From Balanoglossus misakiensis (lineage: Eukaryota > Animalia > Hemichordata): a DNA stretch of 64,000 nt. A program made the position numbers and the translations under genes. This document shows, piece by piece, positions 1 through 12,700 of this stretch. The stretch lies in contig CM082581.2 of assembly GCA_040954595.2 (NCBI GenBank), forward strand, positions 10,105,099-10,169,098. Reading direction: 5' to 3'. The notes beneath the pieces are model-generated. The model was not told the DNA's origin. It did no database searches and worked only from the letters and a program-made list of their open reading frames with translations. Positions within the stretch are counted from its first letter, which is position 1. Each line of letters begins with the position of its first letter.

Positions 1-2520
1 CGAGCTGAAAGACAATGAGAGAAGTTTGAAAGAAGTTGAGTCACTTCTGTTTGGGAAGTTTAAACAAATCTACACCTGAGGGGACCATCCAGAGAAGAGA
101 AGAACTTATTCAGGGTATTATTAAATCATCTAACAATCCCACTCTGGTAACTTCAGTTGAGGTAACAGATTTCACAATTCATGTATGTACCTTTTGGTTC
201 GTAACATCTACTCTTACCTTCAGGAATGTACCCATTTCACATTCTCTCAGTTGCTTCACTCTGCTTCCCATGGCTCTCTCCACAACACGGATCTGAGTGA
301 TCAGTTCTTTCAGCTCATCAGGTTCTGGGGGTAAGGAAAGAAGGGCCAGTTACGTAAGGAAACATGCAGGATTTTCATGAAGGACTGGTAACCTCACCCA
401 TAGCTCAGTTGTTCCCAAGTTGTGGTTACTTTACGTGAGAGACCGCTACTTTTAACCCGTTCACCCCCCAGTTCCCTCTTTAGAGGTCCAACTTCACCCT
501 AGGAAACAATGGGTTTGGACTGAACCATGGTGGTGAAAGGGTTAATATGTACTCACCAAGTGATGCCGAGTGGTCATTTCCCTTCCATGTCTTATCCAGA
601 GTGATATGCCTCTCGATTACTTTGGCACCCATGGCTACAGCTGCAAGTGTGATTGTCATTCCACCCTCGTGTCCGGAATATCCGATGGGAATGTCTGGAA
701 ATTCCTTCTCAAATTCCTGGTGTACAAAAAAAACTTATGATCAATATACCGGTACATACTGTAAAATGCATGTCCTTCTTTTAGCTTTTATAGCTCTGTG
801 GGGGAAGGTAGCAGATGGTAGGGCTGGTGAATATTGGATGGCTTCTCTCCACCTGCCCCAACCCCTCCCCTCCACAAATCAAGATCAAAGGAGCCAATAC
901 TTGGCCACTGAGGGCGCTAGCAAAAACCCTCCCCTCCCCACTGACCCTCCCCATCCCCCACGGCAAAATATTTGGCCACTGAGGGCGCTACCAAACTCCA
1001 TGTCAAGACAGGATGCGTTGACTTTAGCTGTGCCCATACAACACACATATAGGTAACTACCTTCATGATGTTAAGGTGAACATCTTCGGGTTCAAGAGGA
1101 TAAGCACTGGTGCACTGAAGAAAACAAAACTTCTCATTGACTGGTTTGACCGTCTTGTACACCTCTCTCATGGTTTCCATGGTTTGCATCCCCGACGATA
1201 TGATCATCGGACGTCCTTTCCCAGCTGCATGCTTCAAGTACGGTAGGTTATTTGTGTCACCGGAACCAACTTTGAGGAAGGCAAGGCCAAGCTCATCAAG
1301 GAAGTCCACTGCTTTCTGTTGTGAATGTGGAAATAACAGTACATTATTTCATAAGCTACAACAATGCACTGGTGATTTTGATGTAGGACAACTGAAATGA
1401 CTTGAGCACTTACAATTTCCCTAGTCTTCACTTTCTAAGTTTCAGGACAAAATTTCCATGGTTCACAGCCTTGACATTTTATGTTGCCATGATCATAATA
1501 TACCACATGGGAAAGCATCTATAAAACTTTAAAGAGTGCAGAGCGACTGTGATTACCACTGTAAACTGACACTAACAACTTCAGTGAACTGTGTGCGTGT
1601 AACTCCACGTGTACAAACTAGGCCTGCTTGATCTATGAATAGATGATGAAATCAATGAGAAGATTTAGGAGGGTCTGTGTCAGCATGTTAACCTTCAGAC
1701 ACTACATAAACCAGTCATACACTGCTATGCATCAATGGCCTGCAACCTGATGACCTATGACCTCTGACATTTTCACTTAGCTTTGACAGCTTATTTCATT
1801 CATGATGTTACTGATATATTGTTTTATGAAAATGTCAAATACTGTACAAAATTTACCATGGAAACACATCACATGGTCACTGATAATACGTGTACTTACC
1901 TCATCCATTCCTGATGCACCCATCAAAATCCCAAGAGACTCTGCATAGGCCTTCAGTTCCCGATATTGTTCGTGACTAAACTCTAAGTGCTTCTTATGCT
2001 CACCATAAGTTGGACCCCAAGAATGCGGGGAGTTGTAGGTCCTTGCCAGAGCAGCCTTGTTAAATTTGAATTCTAGTTCACTCTTCTGGAATTTGGCACA
2101 GTCAGCTCCACAATCCTAAGATGAAAACAATTCATAAAAGGCTGAAAATTATTAATATTTTAATGGCCAGCAAATTTAGCAGTTTTAGGTTTAGGGTTGA
2201 AACAAGTATCTGCATTATTTACCTCGAATGATTTCAGGCACTGTAATAGGACCTCGAGGCTCTTTTATGTTTACACTGAGAAAGTGACACGTGGACGCCC
2301 CAGTTGTGTACTATTTAAAGTTTACACACATCACATACCACACACACGTCCGCTAATCCTACAAGAACAACCTGGTTGCCATGCTTACCTTTGCGACTTT
2401 AATCATCTGTTTGGCAATGTTGATGTCGCCCTGGTGGTTCTGACCGATTTCAGCGATGAAAAAGCAAGGGTTGTTGCCGCCGATCATACGACCAGGCGCA
2501 ATCTCGAACTCGAGCGGCAT
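1..2520 (-). CDS. NANS: Sialic acid synthase (N-acetylneuraminate-9-phosphate synthase); 3' end beyond the window edge
   Basis: Exons (minus): 2520-2389, 2115-1900, 1315-1061, 716-557, 324-218, 4-<1; all GT-AG and in frame. Translation MPLEFEIAPGRMIGGNNPCFFIAEIGQNHQGDINIAKQMI...KVGSGDTNNLPYL...FLQCTSAYP...IGYSGHEGG...ERHITLDKTWKGNDHSASL closely matches recalled human NANS (MPLELELCPGRWVGGQHPCFIIAEIGQNHQGD). Confidence 0.97.
452..545. mobile_element. Putative ~86-bp piggyBac-type MITE in NANS intron 4
   Basis: TTAA at 452-455 and 542-545 flank imperfect terminal inverted repeats CCCGTTCACCCCC / GGTGGTGAAAGGG (11/13 complementary). The right end recurs at 62576-62595 with 19/20 identity. Confidence 0.6.
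896..990. repeat. 24-bp direct repeat AATAYTTGGCCACTGAGGGCGCTA x2 in NANS intron 3
   Basis: Copies at 896-919 and 967-990 with one mismatch, each preceded by a C-rich tract. Confidence 0.85.
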
Positions 2521-2918
2521 TTTCGAAGGAAGGGCGTACAGCTACTATAACAGGGGTAGACAACCGGACAAGTTTGTCTGCTGCTACAGACTGACTGCTG
2601 CTATGTGATGTGTGACATGTGAATGAAAGCGCCCTCGGCGGTCACCCAAGAAATACATATGACCTCCCAGGCTTGTAGAAATAAAAGGTAGGGATATTCG
2701 CCTGAGCTCATTCCATGCACCAAATTTTGTATAAAATGTCTTCATCTATCAATTTCGCTTCTGGGAAATGTTGAAATTTTCGGCCTAAGAAATGTTCACA
2801 GATATTTTTTTCCAATATGTGATAACATTAATTTTGAGACAAGCTTCTTTTTTCCAAGAAGCCTAGGGGTTCATTTTGGAGGTCACCGAGGGCGATTTCA
2901 GCGTGACCTCATCTCAAC
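2521..2918. promoter_or_regulatory. Bidirectional promoter NANS/FNTA
   Basis: 398 bp between divergent ATGs; inverted pair TGAAAGCGCCCTCGG (~2624-2638) / CCGAGGGCGATTTCA (2886-2900). Confidence 0.75.
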
Positions 2919-4819
2919 ATGGCTGATACCGATACTAGGAAGATCAGCGAAAGCCACGAAGCTAATGAGTTTCTCAGCGATGTACCTCTGAAATATTGTG
3001 AACGTGAAGAATGGAAGGACGTCGAGCCTGTACCACAGGACGATGGCCCCACCCCAGTGGTAAAGATCGCATATTCCGAACGATGTAAGACCTCATTCTT
3101 TATCTACGATTTTCAATGAGTGGAAATATCACAGTCATGCATGTACATGATGATGATCCATTTGAATTTCTTCCAGTTCGTGATGTCTATGACTATTTCC
3201 GTGCAGTGTTGAGGAGTGACGAACATAGCGAGAGAGCATTCCTTTTAACAACAGATGCAGGAGAACTCAACCCTGCAAACTACACTGTATGGTAAGTTGA
3301 GTTCTGGTGATCGCCCAAGCAACTGTGCAGTGTCCTCTAAACTGTCACACACCCACCTGACCTCATAGTACTCGAGAATGGTAGGGGCTGTTCAACAATA
3401 TTCATTATTCTTAATAATGTACCGGTACAATACTGTATCAAAAATACAATTTTGTATCAAAATTCATTGGGAGAACACGCATCCACTACATCAGTGTATT
3501 AAAAGTTAGGACCGTCATTCATTGTTGTAATCGTTTTTCACTTCAGGCATTTCAGGCGAATCCTTTTGAAATCCCTAAAAAAAGACCTGAAAGAAGAACT
3601 TGAATATGTCAGTGATGTTATACGAGATCACCAGAAGAATTACCAAGTATGGTGAGTATATGACGGAAAGAAACTAGATTAATCTGTAGGACAAAACATC
3701 ATATAATACATGAGCGATGCAATTGACTTAAAATTAAGTTTGCTACTATAATTACATTAAAATTGTTTCAGTATTCAAAGTCGAACATTTTGACCCACAG
3801 GCATCATCGAAAAGTCGTCGTCGATTGGCTGAGAGATCCCTCAGATGAGTTAGCCTTCACCAAGAGCATTCTGGATGAAGATGCCAAGAACTACCACGCC
3901 TGGTCTCATCGGCAGTGGGTTCTCAGAGAGTTTCAGCTTTGGACAGATGAACTTGAATTTGTTGACATGCTGCTGGCGAAGGACCTTAGAAACAACTCGG
4001 CGTGGAATCAGAGATTTTTTGTGGTCAGCAACACTTCGAAGTTTACAGAGGATGTTCTGGAAAGGGAAGTCAGGTAGGTGCAAGAGAAATGAGTTCCTTA
4101 GTCATATTGTAATCCTGATTGTGGATGTAACTTTGTCTCTCACATGATAAGAATGATGATATGAATAAATGTCTCTTGCCTCAGGTACACACAAAATCTA
4201 ATTCAAAAGGCACCAAACAACGAAAGTGCATGGAATTATCTCAGGGGGTAAGTATAGTGTAATGTTTCTGATAAAGTTTTAGCCTGGTACTATACTTACG
4301 AAATGGACAAATACTTGACAAGCATGTGTGTGTCTCAGTCTTTCCTCCTTGTACTGTTAACTACTGTGGATTATCTAAGTCCTAAACCCAATTTTGTAGG
4401 ATCTTATCGGAGAAAGAACTGCACAACTATCCGGGAATTATGGACTTCTGCATGAAACTCTATGATGGCAACATCCGGTCGTGTTATCTACTCGGTTTCA
4501 TGATTGACATCTATGAAGAAATATTAGAAGGTGGAACCGATCAACGAGAGGAAATTTTAGGAAAAGCCACAGAGGTAAGATTGAAAAGTCATAGTGTTGT
4601 GACAGAGTGTACAGAATTTCAAACTACTGGTACCATACGGTTCATGTTGCACGCTAGATTCAGATTTATTTTTGAGAATTTTTCAATCTTATCGTTATAC
4701 TTCTTATTTTCTTTCAGTTATGTAATCAGCTGTCCCAGAAGTTGGATGTAATACGCAAAGAATACTGGTCTTACATAGCACGCTCCTTGGCATTAAAATT
4801 TGGTGTTCAAACCAAGTAA
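2919..4819 (+). CDS. FNTA: Protein farnesyltransferase/geranylgeranyltransferase type-1 subunit alpha (~332 aa)
   Basis: Exons 2919-3084, 3177-3291, 3547-3651, 3801-4073, 4185-4247, 4400-4574, 4718-4819 (999 nt, in frame). PPTA repeats [52 protein letters not shown]; C-terminal DVIRKEYW. Confidence 0.97.
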
Positions 4820-6735
4820 CTAGTTTAAAACAACCCATTCTTGAAGTCTCTTAAATGTTGTTCTGCATATATGTGTGTAGGCCAGTCAGACTGGTAAGCA
4901 AATTGAACATGAAGCCTGTCAGGCATGCAAATGAGCAGACTTGTGGCAGTTAAAGAAGAGCCATTCTGATTGGTTGATTTAACAATTTTGCCTGTCAGTA
5001 CTTTTTATTGCTGTTCTATTTATATACATGTAATGTTGCTCACAGTGAAGTCTAGCAAATCTAATTGCAATTTCAGCCTGTAGAAATTTGTCTTGTAAAG
5101 ATGACCAAACTGGCCACGCTAGTCTTCTTTTACTGCTACAAGTCGTGTTGGTAGAATTGAACAAATAAACCACTTCTTTAGCCAGTTAGATGCCCGAGAC
5201 CAGCTCTGCTGCGACTTTGAAAGACTAGATTACGTTTGCAGAACCACCCTTTCGTCCGTCAGTTTGTATTTTTGTATGAAAAGTTTTCATTTTGTCAGCT
5301 CGTTGTCAATCAGTTTGTTTTGGTCAAAATCAGCTGTATACATCATTTCCTCTTATTTACAATACAGTCATGAAAGTTTGCAGCAAAATCATGTTATCTT
5401 TACATGAATGAAGTCAAGCTGGAGATATGACACCACTAAAGACAAGGAATTAAATGCATCTGTTATTGTTTAAAACCCTATTTTTTGTGTAGAAGTCTGC
5501 GATATCAGTAACATTGCAAAGAGATTGTTCTCAGGTCAGCTGAAACGCTGTAGTATGTTTCCAAGTTTTTGAGCAACGAAAAATGGAGACTGTTCACTAT
5601 CAATGCAGGTAATGGTCTTTTATTGATTAAACGCCAATGTAAGCTAACCCGTACATTCACTTCTGTGTCTACTTCATTGGCATGTGTATACAAGGTGCCT
5701 ACTAAACACAAATGGACCTCTGGTAAGGGTGTGATATTCTCCTGCATTTTTTGATTGCAACAGAACTTTATTTAACACCTGATTGTACCTTTTTAGCCAT
5801 AACAAAACTCTATGAACCTTCTATTCCTATCGATATAAAAATGTTCACTAAACATAATTAAATCTTCGGACTATAACAACTTTCTAATTCACTCTGAAAC
5901 TCACCTACACAGCTAATCCTGTGACACCACAGCTAGTTTCTAATTTTTAGAAAAATGTATAAAAAAGTACTTCTTGATAGACATAACTTGGTATGGACTG
6001 AGCAAAATATCAAATAATATGCGAGCAAATGAAAAAGATGGTGGTAGTTCACAATAAATAAAATATTACAAGTCTAGGAAAGTAAATCGGACTGGAATGT
6101 AAAAACTGGCTATCAGACTATAAAATTGTACCCGGTATTAATCATTGAATAGTATCAATGAAAATTTTGTTTTGTATTCGGCTACTGATGGTTAAAAATT
6201 TTTAAGTAGTTTTCTCGTACAACATGATCAAATACTTAAAAGCAACAGAGGACCTTTTTGTAGTACTGAAGGCAAAACCAGCTGTATTTTTTGGATGATT
6301 TTTTTTCTGAGTATTCTAGACCTAGACATCTTCTCTAAACTGTCTATGTGAACACCGCTAATACAAAATCCAATGTTACATCCACAACCTCCAACTGTTG
6401 AATTTGGAAATAGAAATGTTCATGAAGATGAAGGTATGGCACGTTTATTTTTATCGCCATAAACATTTCTACAATCACACGACATGATTGACACATTTGT
6501 GATTCACAATTAGCCATACTGGTTCTTCATACCCAGGCTGACCATTCAAGCCTTGTTGCATGATTATGACTGGATTCACCGTCAACACATCCATACACAT
6601 ACAAACAACAACATTCACCAGTAAACCTCAAATGAACGCACGCACACACCTATCTGGGTTCTCGAAACCAAAAAACAAAAAACGACGTCCGCACTGACTT
6701 CAGAGTTACGACTTCCTTCGTAGATGTTACTGAAG

Positions 6736-9700
6736 CTAGTGTGGACGGAACGGCGGGGGCCTCTTCAGAGGGAATACCTGTTGAACGTATTGATCAACCA
6801 GCTGTTCAGCGAGCCTCGTCACAGCTTCTGTGTACTGCATCTGGCCTGAGGAGTGATTGAACTGTTCTTCCATGAATCTGTGGTGAAGGTCTGCTGCCAC
6901 ACGTTGCCAACCAGGCTGAAAAAAAAAATTAGGGATCAGATTAGGATTGGTTGGGAAAAGTTAAAACAATTAACAGAAGCAACTGCGTAAGAAATGTATA
7001 CACATGATCAGACAACCGCACGAGCAAGTATCTTAGTTGCGAATGTTCAGGTAAATAACAGAAAGACAGAACTGCCTACCTCAGGTACACGACCCTCACG
7101 GACATACTCCGCCAGCTTCCCAAACATGTCCCTCCTTGTATTGTCCCTGAAAACAACTATACTGAGACGCATACCATTAGAAATGGAAAGATCAGAAACA
7201 CCTGGATTGTTAAAAGGTGGTGGTGGTCTAGCAGGCAGGCTGGGCCTTGGTCTACTGTTCGACCAGGCACTGAAAGGAGGCACCCTGCCTCTCGGACCGC
7301 ACATCCTCGGCCCCATTATCCTTGGATGACCCGGCGGTCGTGCTGGAAGTAGCGACATAGGGCGCAGCTGGTAGCCCCATCCTTGAGTTTGACTCTGACC
7401 AGCGTTTGCGTCTTGCCACTCCCTGTGTACCGGTACACCAAGTGTGTTAGTAGGGGCCATTCCGCTGTACCTGGGTGGCGCATTTGGCATCAGCGAGATC
7501 CTGCCGCGGATGTCGTACATCTGGCCATCTTTGGGTTCGCCACTCTGACCGATCTCCACGTTGTTCATCCCGTGGTTGTAGTCGTGTACGAGCTTCAACT
7601 CTGTTTGTCTAGCCTCGTTTGTGATCAGCTCACTGGTGCTGTACTGACGACCACCGGTTGCCAGTCCGGTCTTCTCGCCCGCCTGGAAGTTATTACTCGG
7701 AACTTGGCCACACATGGGATTACTGGACTGCTCCCAAGGCTGGCAGTTTGCTGTACGTGGATCCTCCTGGTATGCCACGACAAACTCTGGCGGCTTCTGC
7801 ACGGCTTGAAATTTGAAATCGGACTCGTCAGACCGATCAGACTCGTCTTCATCACGCTTAATGTAGGGCAGCTCACACAGGCCAGGAACGTTTGCTCTCA
7901 TCCAATTGTCGATGGACTCTCTTGTGGCGAAGAGACAAGGGTCTCCGGGACAGGCCCTCGGTCGCAAACTAAGAGCCGGCTTCAGATCGTAGTACATCAC
8001 GTTGAAAATCTTCTGCTTTTCTTCTTGGATTCCCTGACTGCCGGCTGAGATCTCTTGCATTTCCCCTTGATCGGTCAGACGGCACAGATTGATGGAGACG
8101 TCGTAGTTGACTGGCTGGGAGGTGGTGTACAGCAGGAACTGGCCGAGATCTTTCAGGTACTCCTCAATGGTGAACTTGAGCTCGATCTTGGTGAAGGACA
8201 CGACCAGCATGACCTTGTACGGATCTTCGTGCAGCTGCTGTTTGGGATAGATGCCTTCAAGGCATGCTTCGATGAAGAGCTGGCGGGCGGGTAGAAGACG
8301 TCCTGAGTCGTACACTCCCAAGATCAAGGAACTTAGTGTCTCTCTTCTCACTGCCACCTTGTTGGATTTCATGTGCTTGTGGACCTTCAGTGCAATATCC
8401 AACTGTTCAGTCTCAACAGAAGTGTTCACCAGATCATTTAAGAGACTACTGTAAGTGTTTGCGTCCACGTAATCTGAAATAAAATGAGACAAGACCGTCC
8501 TTAAGCCAAAATGACAGAAATTGGCAGCATTGTCATATATTAAAACAAAGTCCATGTGCTAATGTATCTAATGCCTTACAACAGCAAAGATGACTGAAAA
8601 CTGCCAGAACGTATTTGGAAAGCAAGAGTAAGTTCCAGGGGTTGGTTTGCTCCATTAGTCAACAGGGGTGACAGCTGGTGTACTCAGCTGTCAAAGCATT
8701 GAACTGTACCTTTGTTTACAGATGCAAGATGCTGTATCACGTTCCAAGAACTCAACAGGTCTTTCTTCTTCATGAGAGCCCTGGCAAGGTCATGAAAAAC
8801 CTCAAAATACAGCAACCTCTCATTGTGGTCATCTGTATCGGGCCCTTTCCATGCAGCAGCTGAGAAATAGAAATCACAACTGGGAGTTTAATATGAAACA
8901 ATGTAATCCAATGAAAATCCTTGAAAAGTTGAAGATAATCTTTAAAGGAATTTTTTCATCAGTGGTTGTCATCGTCTGTTGGCATTCCAGCTCATGATAC
9001 ATTCTGGGTAACAGTATGAAAATTACACGCGAAGCCCCATCCTGATGATGAACAACAGCGCCCAGTGGCCATCCTACCTTGGATGAGTTCCAAAGCACTA
9101 TCTGCCAAGTCGAGACACAAACAGACCCTCATGCTCTTCAACAGGACCATGCAGATCGGCTGGGTGGCTTCCTCCTCCTTGTTCAGAGTAAACGTCATGT
9201 AATAGATGTTGTTTTTGTGCAACGAAAACAGCACTTTGTGTCCTTGCGTCCACAGTTCCTTCTCATGGCACATGTCCAGAACACCTACGGCTAGATAGGC
9301 CAGGACATCCTTATCTACCTTGTCAAATTCACCTGCAGATTGGAAATGGGGCACAACTAATTTTTTAGTATTAACAAATGAGCAAAACTTACAGTTTTTG
9401 AAATGTGGAAGCCCAATAGCATTGATACTTGGGTCTATGTTTTGACCCAAGTTGATGGTAACAGCTAGGGCCAAGCTGAGCTAATTCTCACAGAAATGTG
9501 AAAACTACTGCATACATTGCAACTTGTTGTAAGCAAATATTATATGCAACTATAACAGTGACCAGATCACAAAATGTGTGCAGATGGGCATTTACAAGTT
9601 GTTAATCCATTAGGCTTGTACTGCTAGAAGTGCTATTACCTGTTGTTACGAACGCCTTAGCTGCCTCAGTGAAGTCGTCAAAAGCAACTCCAGCCACATC

Positions 9701-12700
9701 TGGGGAGGCTACCAATACTTTCAACATTGTGTTCTTCACATCTAAGTCTATAAGTTCAGGACATCGAGACCTCATTTCAAAGTATGCTGCTGCCAGATCT
9801 TTCCAATTGATGATGGCCTGTACAAAAGTGTTATCCCTTTCATCATTATTTGATAATAGATTACAATGCAAAGGTTTCCTTCATTTTTTAAGTAACGGAT
9901 TTTACACAATAATTGACAACGAAAGAGCTCAAAATTGCAACAGTTTTGTGAAATGTAACTTTCTTACCTCCATCACTTTAATGTAGTGCTCTTTGCCTAA
10001 TGCAGGTTCAGGATTTTCAGCCTGGGTTTGATCATTCCCATCCTGGCTGGTCTCCTGCTTGACACCATTGCTACTGTTGCTATGGCGTCTGATGATTCTC
10101 ACGATCCTTTTGGGCTTTGACTCAACATCATCTGGCGAGTTCTCTGGGACATCTGGTGATGTAACTGGCACTGCAACCACTTGATCCTGCTTGTCACAGC
10201 CCAACGCTTCCGCTGGTGGTTTCTTGCTATCATACCCTGAAAGAATAGGACTACAGAAAAACTCGGGACTCTGGTTGGCCCTGGATTTGTCATCCGTGTT
10301 CTGGATGGGTTCAATTTTTGGTGTACTCATAAGGCAGTCATTTGCGTTCCTGTCTTGCCTCACACTAGGTTCTGGTACGGTCACTTTCCCATCAGTGGTC
10401 GGTTCTGCATCTTTTGGGTGAGGACTTCCAGGATTTTGTTCTGCGGTATTTTCTTGTCCAGCAATGTCCGGTCTGAAGCATTCTCTGCAAGACAGTTGCA
10501 TTTGATCCCATAAATGAAGTCATAGCCGAATCTTTTAACCAAGCTCAAAAACAGACATCATAATAATTCACAACTGCCATCACTGAAGGAGTCAGATTTA
10601 CCTCCAAATTGTCAAATTGCCAATAATCACACCCAGACCACTGGAATGCACTTACTTGTTCGGTCTTTTGTCTCTGGTAGGGTAGTGCTTGAAGTAGATA
10701 CTCTTGGCAGCCGTGTAAGCCTCTATACTTCCGCCCCACAGCTTTAAGGCACGCAGAGCTTTCATGAAAGGTTCGTTGCCTGGCACACAACCATTCCTAT
10801 CACACTGCAGGAAAGCAAACATATTGTTCAGATGTCAACCATTTTGTGACAGGGTTACAACCTTTGAAAATGCACTTTCCGATGTCTATGCACCATCTGC
10901 AAGGATATGGTCATGAAGGACTACATCTAGAAGTCAATGCATCACACATATATACTCACAGCTTCAATGAGACTGCAAATAGCACCATAACTTCCCACTC
11001 TGGTGAGGTACTTGATCAGTTCAACCAGTGTATTATCGTTTGGCTGAACAAAAAAATAATCAAATGAAGATTATGGTTTATCTATGTATGCAGGTCTAAT
11101 AACAGTCACATCTCCATATAAACATTCTCACGAGTATTTTACTATGTTAATGCATTGGACAGGAAACATACAGTGTGACATATGAAATGCCACTTACATT
11201 TATATCTGCTTCTACAACCTTCAACAACACTCCATGCAACTCCTCCCACATGTTTTCAGCAGCAAGCTTATCCATGATGTCATCAATGATGGCTACAACA
11301 GCTGGAGTTTTGGTAAAATTCACATGGGCAAGCATAGACTGCAAGTATAATAATGACCTGGCAAAAGAATCACAAGGAATTAAGTTTTGCTGTCGTACAG
11401 ATATTCAATGGACAGTGATAGATATCACTGGCATTTCAATGAATATGTCTTGTATTCAAAAACCAAAAAGGTTCACTCAAATGGAAGAAAACTACGGGTT
11501 AGGGGACTTACCTTTTCACCATATTGAATCGGCACAACACTTTTAGAACCATCAAAACATGGTCAACAGAGGGAAGGCGAATCGTATGAAACACAGACAC
11601 AGCAACCTAAACAGTAAGACGAAACACCAGTTAAACCTTGAAGTTCCGGCAATTTCTTGCACAATCATGACATGACAAGTACCACAAAAACTGAAAGAAA
11701 GTGATCGGTCTGACCACACACACACACACTATGCTAATTTCACTCGCAATGAGTTGTTGCAGAATTCAGTCTTTGCCTACCTCGGGGACTGCCTCATCTG
11801 GGCATAACTCGCAGCTTTGCAGGATCCTAGTCAGCAGAGAAACATCAGAGTTCAGATAAGTGTGGGTACTTGATAAGACAGTCCACGCATCACAAGGTTT
11901 GTTCTCATCCAAACAACTGTTCACACGCAGAGCTATGATGACTGGCAAGTTCTGTTATAAACAAAAGGAAACACTGTTAGGAATACAAGCTGCTCAGTAC
12001 ATCAATAATGACTCTACAGAAGACAGTGAGTTTGGTTGTACCACTGACACATAACAGTGCCATCTAACTAGATTCTGTTGAGCCAGAATGCAGCTCAAAT
12101 TATAATGATTGCTTTTTCCATACAATAGAGGACCTATAAAAATACCTGCAGCAGATCTGAGGCAACTGGCATGTGCACTGCAGCACTGGAAGGCACCTTG
12201 CCGAATGCTGGACATGCGACTGTGGACAAGTTTGACGCCTTGACTGGTTGGAATTGCTGGAATGTCGGGGGTTGGTTCCCTCTGCGCAAACCGGCATGGT
12301 TTGACTGGAAACTGTGCCTTTGCAACGGAGGCCGTGCTTTCTGAAAGGACGGTCTCTGGTTTGGTCTTTCTAGTTTGCGGTCATCGGTTCTTGGCTTCTT
12401 GAACCCTACACCCGACTCTTCTGTGTTGGTGGTCCCACGTGGACGTTTAAGTGAAGTGAACTCTGGTTCCATAGTGCTCTGCAGCTGCTGTTGGTTTTTC
12501 CCACGATTTACATACACTCTAATGAAAGGGAATAACGCATTTGTTGTCATTTTTGTTATTTTCTTGTGAGCGAGTTTTCTCTTTCTTATTTTAAAACATC
12601 TGAAGCAGAAAATTAATATTTTACACATGTGTTGCAGTAGATTTATACTTACTTTGGTTTTGGTTCACAGAAACTTTTACTGAAACTCGACTCTTCAAGG

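Noticed and set aside
7383-8048. 221-aa plus-strand ORF and other antisense ORFs over large exons (e.g. 13140-13547, 49174-49644, 61929-62321)
   Set aside because: Shadow frames opposite GC-richer real exons; no motifs.
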